The notes under the pieces: model-generated
Told to the model about the DNA's origin: nothing
The model's input: only the letters and a program-made list of their open reading frames with translations
Database searches by the model: none
Shown here: one piece after another, positions 9,631 through 19,522 of the stretch
Layout of the letters: the number at the start of each line of letters is the position of its first letter
Numbering within the stretch: the first letter of the stretch is position 1
Origin: an uncultured Candidatus Rokubacteria bacterium
GTDB lineage: Bacteria; Methylomirabilota; Methylomirabilia; Rokubacteriales; CSP1-6
Reading direction: 5' to 3'
NCBI GenBank assembly: GCA_963762145.1
Contig: CAVXJS010000011.1
Coordinates: 384,001-448,000, forward strand
Length of the DNA stretch: 64,000 nucleotides
Translations under genes and position numbers: made by a program

Positions 9631-10674
9631 ATGGCCACGCGGATCAGCTCCCAGCGGTACGCCGTCGAGGACTTCAACGAGGCGCTCGAGCTCTGCTACA
9701 CCCGCGGCTGGACCGACGGGCTGCCGGTCGTGCCGCCCACGGAGCCGGCGGTGCGCGCGATGCTGGACGCGGTGGGGCTCGAGGCCGACGCGCAGGTCGC
9801 CTTCATCACGAATCGTCAGGTCGCCATCAGCGCCGAGAAGGTGGCGATCAACACGGTGATGGCCGGCTGCCGGCCCGAGCACATGCCGGTGGTGCTGGCC
9901 GCGGTCGAGGGCATCGCCGATCCGCGCTGGGGCTATCACGGACCGGCCACGTCCACCGGCGGCGCGGGCGTGCTGATGATCGTCAACGGGCCCATCGCGC
10001 GGCGGCTCGACTTCAACTGCGGCGACAACCTCTTCGGCCCGGGCTGGCGCTCCAACGCCACGGTGGGCCGCGCGGTGCGCCTCGTGATGCGCAACGTGAT
10101 CGGCACCATTCCGGGGCGCCTCGATCGCGGCACGGTCGGCCACCCCGGCAAGTACACCTACGTGATCGCGGAGAACGAGGCGGAGAGCCCGTGGACGCCG
10201 CTGCACGCGGAGCGCGGCTGCCGGCCGGAGGACAGCGCGGTGACCGTCATGGCCGCGCTGGGACCGAACCAGTTCTACAATCAGCTCTCGAGCACCGCGG
10301 CGGGTGTCCTGGGCACGATGTGCGACGCCATGCGCTACCCCGGCATGGTGGGCCAGCCGAACTACTGCGTGGTGCTGGCCGGCGAGCACATGCGGACCAT
10401 CGCGGCGGACGGCTGGTCCAAGTCCGACATCCGCAAGTACGTCTTCGAGAACACCACGAACACGATCGCGCATCTCAAGCGGACCGGGCGGCTGCCCGGC
10501 GCGATCAAGCCGGAGGACGAGACCGCGACCCGGCCCCTGGTGTTGACCCCGGACGACCTCCTGGTGGTGGCGGCGGGCGGTCGCGCGGGCTCATTCTCGT
10601 GCTACATCCCGGGCTGGGCGAGCCGGACGTCGTCGCAGGCGGTAACCACCGTGATCAAAGAGAGGAGAACATGA
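9631..10674 (+). CDS. Uncharacterised UGSC-partner protein (paralog of the C-terminal domain of 5024..6616)
   Basis: Shared motifs GWxDGLP, AxNxVxAG, NGPIA, NAxxGRAxRL, GHPGKYxYxxAENE, SPW. Confidence 0.85.
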   Translation: MATRISSQRYAVEDFNEALELCYTRGWTDGLPVVPPTEPAVRAMLDAVGLEADAQVAFITNRQVAISAEKVAINTVMAGCRPEHMPVVLAAVEGIADPRWGYHGPATSTGGAGVLMIVNGPIARRLDFNCGDNLFGPGWRSNATVGRAVRLVMRNVIGTIPGRLDRGTVGHPGKYTYVIAENEAESPWTPLHAERGCRPEDSAVTVMAALGPNQFYNQLSSTAAGVLGTMCDAMRYPGMVGQPNYCVVLAGEHMRTIAADGWSKSDIRKYVFENTTNTIAHLKRTGRLPGAIKPEDETATRPLVLTPDDLLVVAAGGRAGSFSCYIPGWASRTSSQAVTTVIKERRT

Positions 10675-11213
10675 TGGCGGGCTTCGAGATCCTGGATCCG
10701 ACGGTCGAGCCCCGGCGCCAGCCGCTGACGTACGTGGCGCGGCCGGACTCGCTCAAGGGCAAGCGCATCGGCCTAGTGGAGAACACCAAGTACAACTCCG
10801 ACAAGCTGCTGGTCAAGATCGGCGACATCCTGAAGCAGGAGTACGGGGCGTCCGAGACCCGGATGTGGCGAAAGCACAACGCCGGCGTGCCCGCGCACGC
10901 GGAGATCCTCGAGGAGGCCAAGCGTACCGTCGACGTCGTCGTCGCCGGCATCGGGGACTGAGGGTCCTGCTCGTCGGGCAGTGTGCTCGACGGAATCGTG
11001 TTCGAGAAGGTCGGAATCCCGGCCGCGTCCATCGTCACCGATGTGTTCGAGGGTACCGGACACGCCATGGCCCAGTCCTGGGGCGTCCCGGAGTACCGTT
11101 TCCTGGCCCTGCCGCATCCGATCGCAAACCTGAGCGAGGCCGACCTCGACGCCCGCGCCCGCGCGATCGCGCCAGAGGTCGTCCGACTGCTATTGAAAGG
11201 CCAAGAAGGCTAA
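10671..11213 (+). CDS. UGSC-motif selenoprotein (Sec at TGA 10959-10961), 180 aa
   Basis: VAGIGD*GSCSSGSVLDG continues in frame into ORF 10983..11213; homologous to the N-terminal domain of 5024..6616; RBS AGGAG. Confidence 0.85.
10971..10993 (+). promoter_or_regulatory. Putative bacterial SECIS hairpin
   Basis: TCGTCGGGCA-GTG-TGCTCGACGG, 10-bp stem with two G-U pairs; loop G at +20. Confidence 0.7.
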
Positions 11214-11222
11214 GCAAGCACA

Positions 11223-11369
11223 ACGGTTGTCCGCAGCTGGGGGAGTGCGGGGGCCATGTCTGGGCCCCCGCAGATGAAGGGCTTGAAGAAGTAAACGGTT
11301 GTCCGCCAGAAGCAGTAGACGGTTGTCCGCCATCTGGGGGAGTGCGGGGGCCATTTCTGGGCCCCCGCA
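11223..11369. repeat. REP-like composite intergenic repeat
   Basis: ACGGTTGTCCGC x3 (11223, 11295, 11319); hairpin TGCGGGGGCCA-N4-TGGGCCCCCGCA x2 (11246-11272, 11343-11369). Confidence 0.8.
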
Positions 11370-11396
11370 TTAACCAGAGCCTGAAGAACTAACCGA

Positions 11397-12368
11397 ATGT
11401 CCGCGGACTACCGCCCCCCGTTCTGGTACCGCGGCCGGCATCTCCAGACGCTCTGGGGGCCGATGCTACGTCACTGGCGGCGCCCGCCGCTCCGCCGCGA
11501 GCGTCTGCACACGCCCGACGGCGATTTCCTCGACCTCGACTGGCTGGCCCGCGCGCCCGAGCGGGGCCCGCTTCTGCTGATCCTCCACGGGCTCGAGGGC
11601 TCGGCCCGCTCGCACTACGCGCGCGGGCTGCTGCGGAGCGCGGAGGCCCTCGGCTGGCGGGCGGCGGTCCTGCACTTCCGCTCGTGCAGCGGGGAGGTCA
11701 ACCGGCTGCCGAAGCTCTACCACTCGGGCGAGACGTCGGACCTGGAGTGGGTGCTCGGCGAGCTGGCCGGGCGGGAGCCGGCGCCGCGCATCGGCCTGGT
11801 GGGCGTCTCCCTCGGGGGCAACGTCGCGCTCAAGTGGCTCGGCGAGCAGGGGAACTCGGCGCCCGCCGAGATCCGGGCCGCCGTCGCCATCTCGACGCCC
11901 TTCGACCTCGCCGCCTGCGCCCGCGTGCTCGATCGGGGCTTCAACCGCGTGATCTACACCGGGAGCTTCCTGCGCACCATGCGGGCCAAGATCCGCGCCA
12001 AGCGGCACCTCTACGACGGCCGCCTCGACGTGGACGCCGCGCTCCGGGCGCGGACCTTCACGGAGTACGACCGGTTCTTCACGGCCCCGGTGAACGGCTT
12101 CGCCGACGAGGTCGACTACTGGACGCGGGCGAGCAGCGCGCCCTATCTCGAGCGCATCCGGCGTCCCGTGCTCCTGATCAACGCGATCAACGATCCGTTC
12201 ATGCCCGCCGCGAGCCTGCCCACCGCGGTGGTGGAGCGGTCGCGGTGGCTCGAGGCGGCCTTCGTCGCCGAAGGCGGGCACGTGGGGTTTCTCGACGGGG
12301 CGTTCGGGCGCGCCTCGTGGGCGGAGCGCCGCGCGCTCGCCTTCCTGTCGCGCCATCTGCTACGATGA
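11397..12368 (+). CDS. YheT-family alpha/beta hydrolase
   Basis: HLQT, HGLEGS, GVSLGG nucleophile elbow, NDPF, GGHVGF. Confidence 0.88.
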   Translation: MSADYRPPFWYRGRHLQTLWGPMLRHWRRPPLRRERLHTPDGDFLDLDWLARAPERGPLLLILHGLEGSARSHYARGLLRSAEALGWRAAVLHFRSCSGEVNRLPKLYHSGETSDLEWVLGELAGREPAPRIGLVGVSLGGNVALKWLGEQGNSAPAEIRAAVAISTPFDLAACARVLDRGFNRVIYTGSFLRTMRAKIRAKRHLYDGRLDVDAALRARTFTEYDRFFTAPVNGFADEVDYWTRASSAPYLERIRRPVLLINAINDPFMPAASLPTAVVERSRWLEAAFVAEGGHVGFLDGAFGRASWAERRALAFLSRHLLR

Positions 12369-13657
12369 CCGGCGTGATTCGTGACGCGTACGGCCTGACC
12401 GTCTCGACCGACTCGCGCGCCGCGGTGGACGCGCACGACCGTGGGGTGCGCGCGCTGCTCGGCTTCGGCGCCGAGGCGGTGGACGAGTTCCGCCGCGCGG
12501 TGGAGGCGGACCCCGATTTCGTGCTCGCCCGCGCGGCCCTCGCGGTCGCGCTCTACCTGGACGAGCAGATCCCGGAGGGACGCGCGGAGATGGAGCGCGC
12601 GACGGCCGATGGGGCCGCGCTGACCGGCCGGGAGCGGCGGCACCTGGAGGCCCTGCGGCTCTTCGTGGGCGGGCGCGGGAACGACGCCATCCCGGTGATG
12701 AAGGAGATCCTGGCCGAGCACCCGCGCGACGTGCTCCTGATGCAGCGCCTCTACTTCCTCTACTTCTGGCAGGGTCGCTCGGCCGACATGCTCGCGCTCA
12801 CGAGCGAGCTGCGCCCCGCGCTCGAGGGCGACGGCTACGCGCTCGGCTACCACGCCTTCGCCCTCGAGGAGAACCGGCGGTTCGCCGAGGCCCTGCCCCT
12901 GGCCGAGCGGGCGTTGGCCCGGAACCCGCGCGACGCGTGGGCGGTACACGCCATCGCGCACGTGCACTACGAGCGGGGCGACAACCGGCGCGGCATCGAG
13001 AGCCTGCCGCCGCAGATCCATCCGTGCGACCACCTCGGCTACTTCCGGAACCATCTTCTGTGGCACCTGGCCCTGCTCCACCTGGCCGAGGGCGACTACG
13101 AGCGCGGCGGGCGCCTCTTCGAGAGCGTGTTCGGCCGCATCCCGATCACGATCGCCTCCGATCTCCAGGATTCGGTGGCGCTGGCCTGGCGGCTCGACCT
13201 GTTCGGCCATCCCGACCCGAAGCGATGGAGCCAGCTCGCGACGGCCGCCCGCCGCTGGATCGAGATGCCGCTCCTGCTGTTCCACGATCTGCACGTGGGC
13301 ATGGCGCTCTCCGCGGCGGAGGACTGGGCGGCCGCGGAGGAGCACCTCGAGCGGCTGCGCGCGCGCGGGAAGAAGTCGAGGAACGCCACCCTGCCCGAGG
13401 TGGTGGTGCCGCTGCTGGAAGGCCTCCACGCCTTCGCCCGGGGTGACTACGCCGGGTGCGTGGCCCGGATGGAGCCGGTGGACGCGCGCGTGGTCGAGGT
13501 GGGCGGCAGCCACGCCCAGCGCGAGGTGTTCCACGACACGCTCCTGGCCGGCGCCCTGCGCGGCCGGCTGCGCGAGCCGGCCGTGGCGCTCCTCGAGCGC
13601 CGCCTCGCCAAGCGCCCGAACCCCGGGCACTTCTGGGAGAAATCACGCGCCTCATGA
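12365..13657 (+). CDS. TTC38-like tetratricopeptide repeat protein
   Basis: DAWAVHAIAHV, HLLWHLAL, VGGSHAQREVF; alternative start GTG 12374. Confidence 0.8.
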   Translation: MTGVIRDAYGLTVSTDSRAAVDAHDRGVRALLGFGAEAVDEFRRAVEADPDFVLARAALAVALYLDEQIPEGRAEMERATADGAALTGRERRHLEALRLFVGGRGNDAIPVMKEILAEHPRDVLLMQRLYFLYFWQGRSADMLALTSELRPALEGDGYALGYHAFALEENRRFAEALPLAERALARNPRDAWAVHAIAHVHYERGDNRRGIESLPPQIHPCDHLGYFRNHLLWHLALLHLAEGDYERGGRLFESVFGRIPITIASDLQDSVALAWRLDLFGHPDPKRWSQLATAARRWIEMPLLLFHDLHVGMALSAAEDWAAAEEHLERLRARGKKSRNATLPEVVVPLLEGLHAFARGDYAGCVARMEPVDARVVEVGGSHAQREVFHDTLLAGALRGRLREPAVALLERRLAKRPNPGHFWEKSRAS

Positions 13658-14982
13658 ACTGGCCCGGCCTCGGCCGCGAGACGGTGGACCTGCTGCGGCA
13701 GTACCTCATGCTCGACACCACGAATCCGCCCGGCAACGAGACGGTCGGCGCGCGCTTTCTGGAGACGGTGCTCGGGGGCGAGGGCATCGCCACCGAGACG
13801 GTGGAGTCGGCCCCCGGCCGCGGCAACCTGGTGGCGCGCCTCCGGGGCGACGGGTCCGAGGGCGGGATCGTGCTGCACCACCACATCGACGTGGTCTACG
13901 CCGACCGGCGCTACTGGACGGTGGATCCCTTCGGCGGGGAGATCCGCGACGGGTTTCTCTACGGACGCGGCGCCATCGACATGAAATCCACCGGCGTCCT
14001 CCACCTGGCCGGGATCCTCGCGATCAAGCGCGCGAAGGTGCCCCTCAAGCGCGACCTCATCCTGCTCGCCACCGCGGACGAGGAAGCGGGCAGCCGCTTC
14101 GGCGCGCAGTTCGTGGCCGACCGGCACCGCGACTGGCTGGCCGGGGCGGAATACGCGCTGTCCGAGCTCGGCGGCATCTATCCGGAAGAGGGCGCGACCG
14201 CGCCGTTCGGGAGCATCGTCACCTCGGAGAAGACGGGTCTGCCCCTCCGCCTCACGGCGCGGAGCGAGCCCGGCCACGGCTCGATGCCCTGGCCCGACAC
14301 CGCGCCGAACCGGCTGATCCGCGCCCTCGGCCGCCTGCTCGAGGCGGAGCGCCCGCTGCGCGTCCTGCCCGACGTGCAGGAATACTTCGCCCGGCTCGGC
14401 TCGGTGCTGCCGGGCGAGGCGGGGCGGGGCTACGACGACCTCGAGCGCTCGCTGCGCGACGCGGGCTTCCGGCGCGCCTTCCTGGCCAAGCGCCTGAACG
14501 CAGCGATGCTGCGGACCACGTTCGCGGTCACGATGCTCAAGGGCAGCGAGAAGCGCAACGTGATCCCTCCCGAGGCGGTCGCCGACATCGATTGCCGCAT
14601 GCTGCGGGGGGACGACCCGGAGGAGATCGTGAGCTGGGTACGCGGCGTGATCGACGACGAGCGAGTGGAGGTGACCCTCTCCAACCCGCCGCCCAAGATC
14701 CCGAACTCCTCGCCGCCCGACACCCCGCTCTACAAGGCCCTCGGCCAGGCGCTGACGCGGCGCGCTCCGGGCGTGGTGGTGGCGCCCGACATCCTGGTGG
14801 GGTTCACCGACAACTGGGTATTCCGCAACTGCGGCCTGCACGGCTACGGGTTCAGCCCGTTCATTCTCGGCGACGACGAGTGGCGGCGCGTGCACGGCAA
14901 CGACGAGCGGATCTCGCTCGAGAACCTGACCGAAGGCGTGCGGTGTCACACCGAGATGCTGCTCGACGTGGCGGCCGCGTGA
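13654..14982 (+). CDS. M20/M25/M40 family metallo-hydrolase
   Basis: HIDVV, GRGAIDMK, ADEEAG and HGNDER motifs. Confidence 0.88.
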   Translation: MNWPGLGRETVDLLRQYLMLDTTNPPGNETVGARFLETVLGGEGIATETVESAPGRGNLVARLRGDGSEGGIVLHHHIDVVYADRRYWTVDPFGGEIRDGFLYGRGAIDMKSTGVLHLAGILAIKRAKVPLKRDLILLATADEEAGSRFGAQFVADRHRDWLAGAEYALSELGGIYPEEGATAPFGSIVTSEKTGLPLRLTARSEPGHGSMPWPDTAPNRLIRALGRLLEAERPLRVLPDVQEYFARLGSVLPGEAGRGYDDLERSLRDAGFRRAFLAKRLNAAMLRTTFAVTMLKGSEKRNVIPPEAVADIDCRMLRGDDPEEIVSWVRGVIDDERVEVTLSNPPPKIPNSSPPDTPLYKALGQALTRRAPGVVVAPDILVGFTDNWVFRNCGLHGYGFSPFILGDDEWRRVHGNDERISLENLTEGVRCHTEMLLDVAAA

Positions 14983-15467
14983 TGGCGCGCCGGGCGCTGA
15001 CGATCCGGCGGGGCACCGAGCGGGACGTGCCCACCATCCTGGCGCTGATCCGCGGCCTCGCCGAGTACGAGCGGCTCGCGCACGAGATGGAGGCCACCGC
15101 GGCGCGGGTGCGGGCTCACGGGTTCGGGCGCCGGCGCTACTTCGAGACGATCATCTGCCGGCGCGGCGGCCGGCCGATCGGGTTCGCGCTCTACTTCTTC
15201 ACCTATTCCACGTTCCTGGCCCGCCCGACGCTGTATCTGGAGGACCTGTTCGTCCTGCCCGAGGAGCGCGGGACCGGGGCGGGGAAGGCGCTGCTCCGCG
15301 CGCTGGCGCGCATCGCGGTCCGCCGCGGGTGCGGACGCCTCGAGTGGGCGGTGCTCGACTGGAACCGTCCCGCGATCGGCTTCTACAAGCGGCTGGGCGC
15401 GAAGCTGCGCCGGCAGTGGATCCTCACGCGGCTGACCGGGCCGCCGCTCCGCCGCCTGGCGCGCTGA
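14982..15467 (+). CDS. GNAT N-acetyltransferase (SSAT-like)
   Basis: LYLEDLFV..ERGTGAG, EWAVLDWN..AIGFY. Confidence 0.88.
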   Translation: MARRALTIRRGTERDVPTILALIRGLAEYERLAHEMEATAARVRAHGFGRRRYFETIICRRGGRPIGFALYFFTYSTFLARPTLYLEDLFVLPEERGTGAGKALLRALARIAVRRGCGRLEWAVLDWNRPAIGFYKRLGAKLRRQWILTRLTGPPLRRLAR

Positions 15468-15513
15468 GGGCAACCTCGACGATGCTGCGGGTGGCCGCGA
15501 TCTGGATCGCCGA

Positions 15514-16023
15514 GTGAGCATCCGCCTCGCGCTCGCGCTCCTGACCCTGATCGTCGGCGCGCCGGTTCCGGCGCTCGCTCAGTCCATCACGTGCCCGCCC
15601 GGCAGCACACGCGGCGGCACCGAGAGCGAGGTCGGGAAGTTCCACTGGTGCGAGCAGGTCACGGCCAGCGGGCCGATCCGCCAGGGCCCGATGGTGGGCT
15701 TCCATCCCAACGGCCGGCGGAGCTTCGAGCTCACCTTTGTGGACGGCACCCCCCGCGGGACCATTCGCGCCTGGTACGAGGGCGGCCAGCCGAGCATGAC
15801 CGGCGAGACGCGCCCCGACAACGGCACGCTCGTCCTCTGGGACGACCGCGGCCGGAAGCGGGCGCAGGTGGACGTGCGCGACCGGCAGGTCGTGACGCGC
15901 GCGTGGGACGAGGCCGGGCAAGAGGAGCGCTACCAGGAGGCGAAGCTCGCGAAGGCGATGCCCACCAACCGCAACCTCGGCTTCATCATGCAGCTCTGGG
16001 CGGTGGGGATCGGCATCCAGTAG
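15514..16023 (+). CDS. Exported hypothetical protein with MORN-variant-like beta repeats
   Basis: Signal peptide; FHPNGRRS and WYEGGQ repeat-like segments. Confidence 0.55.
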   Translation: MSIRLALALLTLIVGAPVPALAQSITCPPGSTRGGTESEVGKFHWCEQVTASGPIRQGPMVGFHPNGRRSFELTFVDGTPRGTIRAWYEGGQPSMTGETRPDNGTLVLWDDRGRKRAQVDVRDRQVVTRAWDEAGQEERYQEAKLAKAMPTNRNLGFIMQLWAVGIGIQ

Positions 16024-16038
16024 CGCAGGCCGCTCACC

Positions 16039-17475
16039 TCACGATGCCGCGGCGGACACCACCGGCGGGATCCGGTCCGCCCAGGGCGCGGCCGCCTCGA
16101 AGGCGGCGGCGGCCCGGAGCACCGCGGCCTCCTGGTGACGCCGTCCGACGATCTGCAGGCCGACCGGCAGCCCGCTCCGAGTGAAGCCGCACGGCACCGA
16201 GATGACCGGCAGCGCGGTGACCGTGATGCCGTAGGTGAGGAAGAACCACTGGGTGTAGTTCTCCGCGGTCTTCCCGTTGATCTCGGTGGGATAGGGCTGC
16301 TCCACCGGGAAGGGAGGCATCGCGACGGTGGGCAGGATCAGCAGGTCGCGCGTCTCCATGAAGGCGCGCACCCGCTGCCAGAGCTGGGTGCGGAGCCTCT
16401 CGCCCCGGCCGATCTGCTCGGGCGTCAGCGAGAGCCCCTGCTTGATGTTCCACACGAGCCCCTTCTGCATCTCCGATTCCCAGCGCGCGAGCTTGTCGGC
16501 GTGGCGCGCGACCATGCCGAGCCCGCGGGTGGCCAGCACGATGTCGTTGACCTCGGTGAAGTCCGGGCAGGCGCGCTCGACCTTGGCGCCCAGGGTCCGG
16601 AACACCGCGAGCGCGCGCTCCGCGACCGCGGCCACCTCGTGGTCCACCGGGATGAGCCCGTTGAGATCGGGCGTCCACGCGACCCGCCAGCCCTTGACGG
16701 ACGGCCGCTTCACCGCCGCGGGGAACTGTCGCGGGTCGACGTCGTAGGAGAGCGGGGCCCGATCGTCCGGCCCCGCCATCGCGGCCAGCATGAGGGCGAC
16801 GTCGCCCACGGTGCGGGCCATGGGGCCGGTCACGCTGAGGGAATCCCATCCCAGATCCGCCGGGTAGACCGGGATGAGGCCGGGGGAGGTGCGGAAGCCG
16901 ACGACGCCGCAGAAGGCGGCGGGCGTCCGCAGCGAACCGCCGAGGTCCGAGCCCTGAGCGAGGGGGCCCATCCCGGTCGCGAGGGCGACCGCCGCGCCCC
17001 CGCTCGAGCCGCCGCAGGTGAGCGCGGTATTCCACGGATTGCGAGTGGCGCCGAAGACCGCGTTGAAGGTGTTGCCCCCGGCCCCGAACTCGGGCGTGTT
17101 GGTCTTGCCGACCACGATCGCGCCGGCTCGCTTGAGACGGTCCACGTAGAGCGCGTCCTCGTCCGGCACGTGGTGCTCGAAGATCTTGGAGCCCCAGGTG
17201 GTGCGGATACCCTTGGTCGGCGTCAGGTCCTTGATCGACACCGGGACCCCGTGCAGAGGCCCGAGCGGAGCCCGCCGGCCGAGCGCGGCGGTGGCCTTCT
17301 TCGCGGCCGCGAGCGCGGACTCCCGCGCCACCGTGACGTAGGCGTTGACCCGCGGGTTGACCGCGTCGATGCGCGCGAGCACCGCCTGCATGACCTCGAG
17401 CGGGGACGCCTTGCGCGTGCGGTAGAGACGCTGGAGCTCGGTGGCGGGGACATAGCACAGGTCACGGTCGGGCAC
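16039..17475 (-). CDS. Amidase (AS family)
   Basis: KD, GGSSGG and GSDLGGSLR signature. Confidence 0.9.
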   Translation of the reverse strand: MPDRDLCYVPATELQRLYRTRKASPLEVMQAVLARIDAVNPRVNAYVTVARESALAAAKKATAALGRRAPLGPLHGVPVSIKDLTPTKGIRTTWGSKIFEHHVPDEDALYVDRLKRAGAIVVGKTNTPEFGAGGNTFNAVFGATRNPWNTALTCGGSSGGAAVALATGMGPLAQGSDLGGSLRTPAAFCGVVGFRTSPGLIPVYPADLGWDSLSVTGPMARTVGDVALMLAAMAGPDDRAPLSYDVDPRQFPAAVKRPSVKGWRVAWTPDLNGLIPVDHEVAAVAERALAVFRTLGAKVERACPDFTEVNDIVLATRGLGMVARHADKLARWESEMQKGLVWNIKQGLSLTPEQIGRGERLRTQLWQRVRAFMETRDLLILPTVAMPPFPVEQPYPTEINGKTAENYTQWFFLTYGITVTALPVISVPCGFTRSGLPVGLQIVGRRHQEAAVLRAAAAFEAAAPWADRIPPVVSAAAS

Positions 17476-17500
17476 GGAGGCTCTCCTCGGGCGGTGAGGG

Positions 17501-18499
17501 TTACGCGTCTGCCACCGCGGCGGAGCCGGTATCGTGGCCCGCCTTCCCGGCGGATAGAACCTTGCGGGGGTCGAGGGCGTCGCGGAGGCCGTCCCCGATG
17601 TAGTTGATGCTGAGCACCGCGAGGAAGATGGCGGTGCCCGGGAAGATGGCCCAGTGCGGGGCGAAATCGAGGTTGTCCTTGGCGTCGAAGAGGATGCGGC
17701 CCCAGGTCGGGATGTCGGGCGGAAAGCCCAGCCCCAGGAAGGAGAGCGACGACTCCGCGATGATGGCGGCGGCCACGTCGATGGTGCCGGCCACGATGAC
17801 CGGGCCGACCGCGTTGGGCAGGATGTGGCGCACGACCTGGCGCAGCGGCGGCGCGCCGAGGCCGCGCGCGGCCTCCACGAACTCCTTCTCGCGCAGCGAC
17901 AGGAACTGGGCGCGCACCAGCCGGGCCACCGGCATCCAGCGCAGCCCGCCGATCACGATGACGACCAGGACAAAGACTCCGGCCTCGGGTCCGAGGGCCT
18001 TCTTGAGGGCGTCCCGGAAAAGGTAGACCAGGAGCAGGAGGAGCGGGAGCTGAGGCAGGGACAGGAAGAGATCGGTGATCCGCATCAGGGTGTGATCGGT
18101 GACGCCGCCGACGTGACCGGCGGTCGCTCCCATGATGGTGCCGACCGAGATCGCGATGAGCATCGCGGCCACGCCCACCGCGAGCGAGATCCGGCCTCCG
18201 TAGAGCATCCGGGCCAGGAGATCCTGCCCCAGATCGTCGGTGCCGAGCGGGTGGGCCCAGGAGGGGCCCTTCAGCTTGGCCCTGAAGTCGATCTCGTCGA
18301 TCGGGACCCGGTAGACGAGGGGTCCGACCAGCACCGCCACGACCATCACCAGCAGCACGACCATCCCGATGGTCGCGAGCCGGTGCTTGCGGAAGCGGCG
18401 CCACGCGTCGCTCCAGAGTGTCTCCACCCGGGGCCGGCGCGCGACCGGCACCGTCCGCCGGACCGTCTGCGACGCCACGCCGTTGGGGGGAGGGGTCAT
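17501..18499 (-). CDS. Peptide/nickel ABC permease (OppC/DppC)
   Basis: HPLGTDDLG, EAA loop, GDGLRDALDP. Confidence 0.9.
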   Translation of the reverse strand: MTPPPNGVASQTVRRTVPVARRPRVETLWSDAWRRFRKHRLATIGMVVLLVMVVAVLVGPLVYRVPIDEIDFRAKLKGPSWAHPLGTDDLGQDLLARMLYGGRISLAVGVAAMLIAISVGTIMGATAGHVGGVTDHTLMRITDLFLSLPQLPLLLLLVYLFRDALKKALGPEAGVFVLVVIVIGGLRWMPVARLVRAQFLSLREKEFVEAARGLGAPPLRQVVRHILPNAVGPVIVAGTIDVAAAIIAESSLSFLGLGFPPDIPTWGRILFDAKDNLDFAPHWAIFPGTAIFLAVLSINYIGDGLRDALDPRKVLSAGKAGHDTGSAAVADA

Positions 18500-18500
18500 G

Positions 18501-19460
18501 TCAGCGGTACGAGATGCGCGGATCGAGCCATCCGTAGAGCAGATCCGCCACCAGGTTGAAGATCACCACGAGGCAGGAGAACACGAAGGTGATGGCCATG
18601 ATCACCGGGGTGTCGTTGGCGAGGATCGAGGTGATCAGGAGCGAGCCGATGCCGGGCACCCGGAAGATCTGCTCGGTGATGACCGCGCCGGTGAAGATGC
18701 CGGGGATCTGGAGCGCGATCAGGGTGACGACCGGGATCAGCGCGTTGCGCACCACGTGCTTGAGGATCGTGACCCGCTCGGACAGCCCCTTGGCCCGCGC
18801 GGTGTTGATGTAGTCGAGCCGGATCACCTCCAGCACTGCGGAGCGCACGTAGCGGGTCATGGCCGCGCCCTGGAAGAGCCCGAGCACCGTCACCGGCATG
18901 ATGACCTGGCGGATGTTCTCCCAGTACCAGCGCCAGCCCGAGCCGCCGATGTCCGCGCGGTAGATGAACGGCAGCCAGTCCAGGTAGATGCTGAAGAACA
19001 GGATGAAGAGGATCCCGGTGAAGAAGGTGGGCAGCGAGAAGCCGACGAACGCGAAGGTGGTCGAGATCTGGTCGAAGAGCGAGTAGGGGCGCATGGCCGC
19101 GTAGATGCCCACCGGCAGCGCCACCATGAGCCCGAGGAGCTGGGCCAGACCCAGCACCCAGAGGGTGGTGGGCAGCCGCTGCAGGATGAGCGTGCCCACG
19201 TCGATGCGGCTCACGAAGGAGAAGCCCCAGTCTCCCTTGAGCATGGACATGAACCATCGCGCGTAGCGCAGCGGGATCGGATCGTCGAGGCCGAACTGGG
19301 CACGCAGGTTCGCGCGCACCTCCGGCGGGACGTTGGGGTTGGTGGCCAGCTCCTCGAACGGATCGCCCGGAGCCATGGCGAGGATGGTGAACAGCACCAG
19401 GCTGATCCCCGCGAGCACGGGGAGCATGATCAGCACGCGCCGCAGCAGATACTTTGACAT
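18501..19460 (-). CDS. Peptide/nickel ABC permease (OppB/DppB)
   Basis: APGDP, TARAKGL, DLLYGWLDPRI. Confidence 0.9.
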   Translation of the reverse strand: MSKYLLRRVLIMLPVLAGISLVLFTILAMAPGDPFEELATNPNVPPEVRANLRAQFGLDDPIPLRYARWFMSMLKGDWGFSFVSRIDVGTLILQRLPTTLWVLGLAQLLGLMVALPVGIYAAMRPYSLFDQISTTFAFVGFSLPTFFTGILFILFFSIYLDWLPFIYRADIGGSGWRWYWENIRQVIMPVTVLGLFQGAAMTRYVRSAVLEVIRLDYINTARAKGLSERVTILKHVVRNALIPVVTLIALQIPGIFTGAVITEQIFRVPGIGSLLITSILANDTPVIMAITFVFSCLVVIFNLVADLLYGWLDPRISYR

Positions 19461-19474
19461 CTACCTCGTACGAC

Positions 19475-19519
19475 CGGGCGGGCGAGAGAGGACGGTCATC
19501 GACCTCTCTCGCCCGCCCG
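19475..19519. terminator. 17-bp stem-loop between binding-protein and permease genes (stabiliser/attenuator)
   Basis: CGGGCGGGCGAGAGAGG...CCTCTCTCGCCCGCCCG perfect inverted repeat; no U-tract. Confidence 0.55.
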
Positions 19520-19522
19520 CTC

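Noticed and set aside
11223-11369. Possible mini CRISPR array
   Set aside because: Only 2-3 units with irregular spacing, no distinct spacers, and no cas genes in the window.
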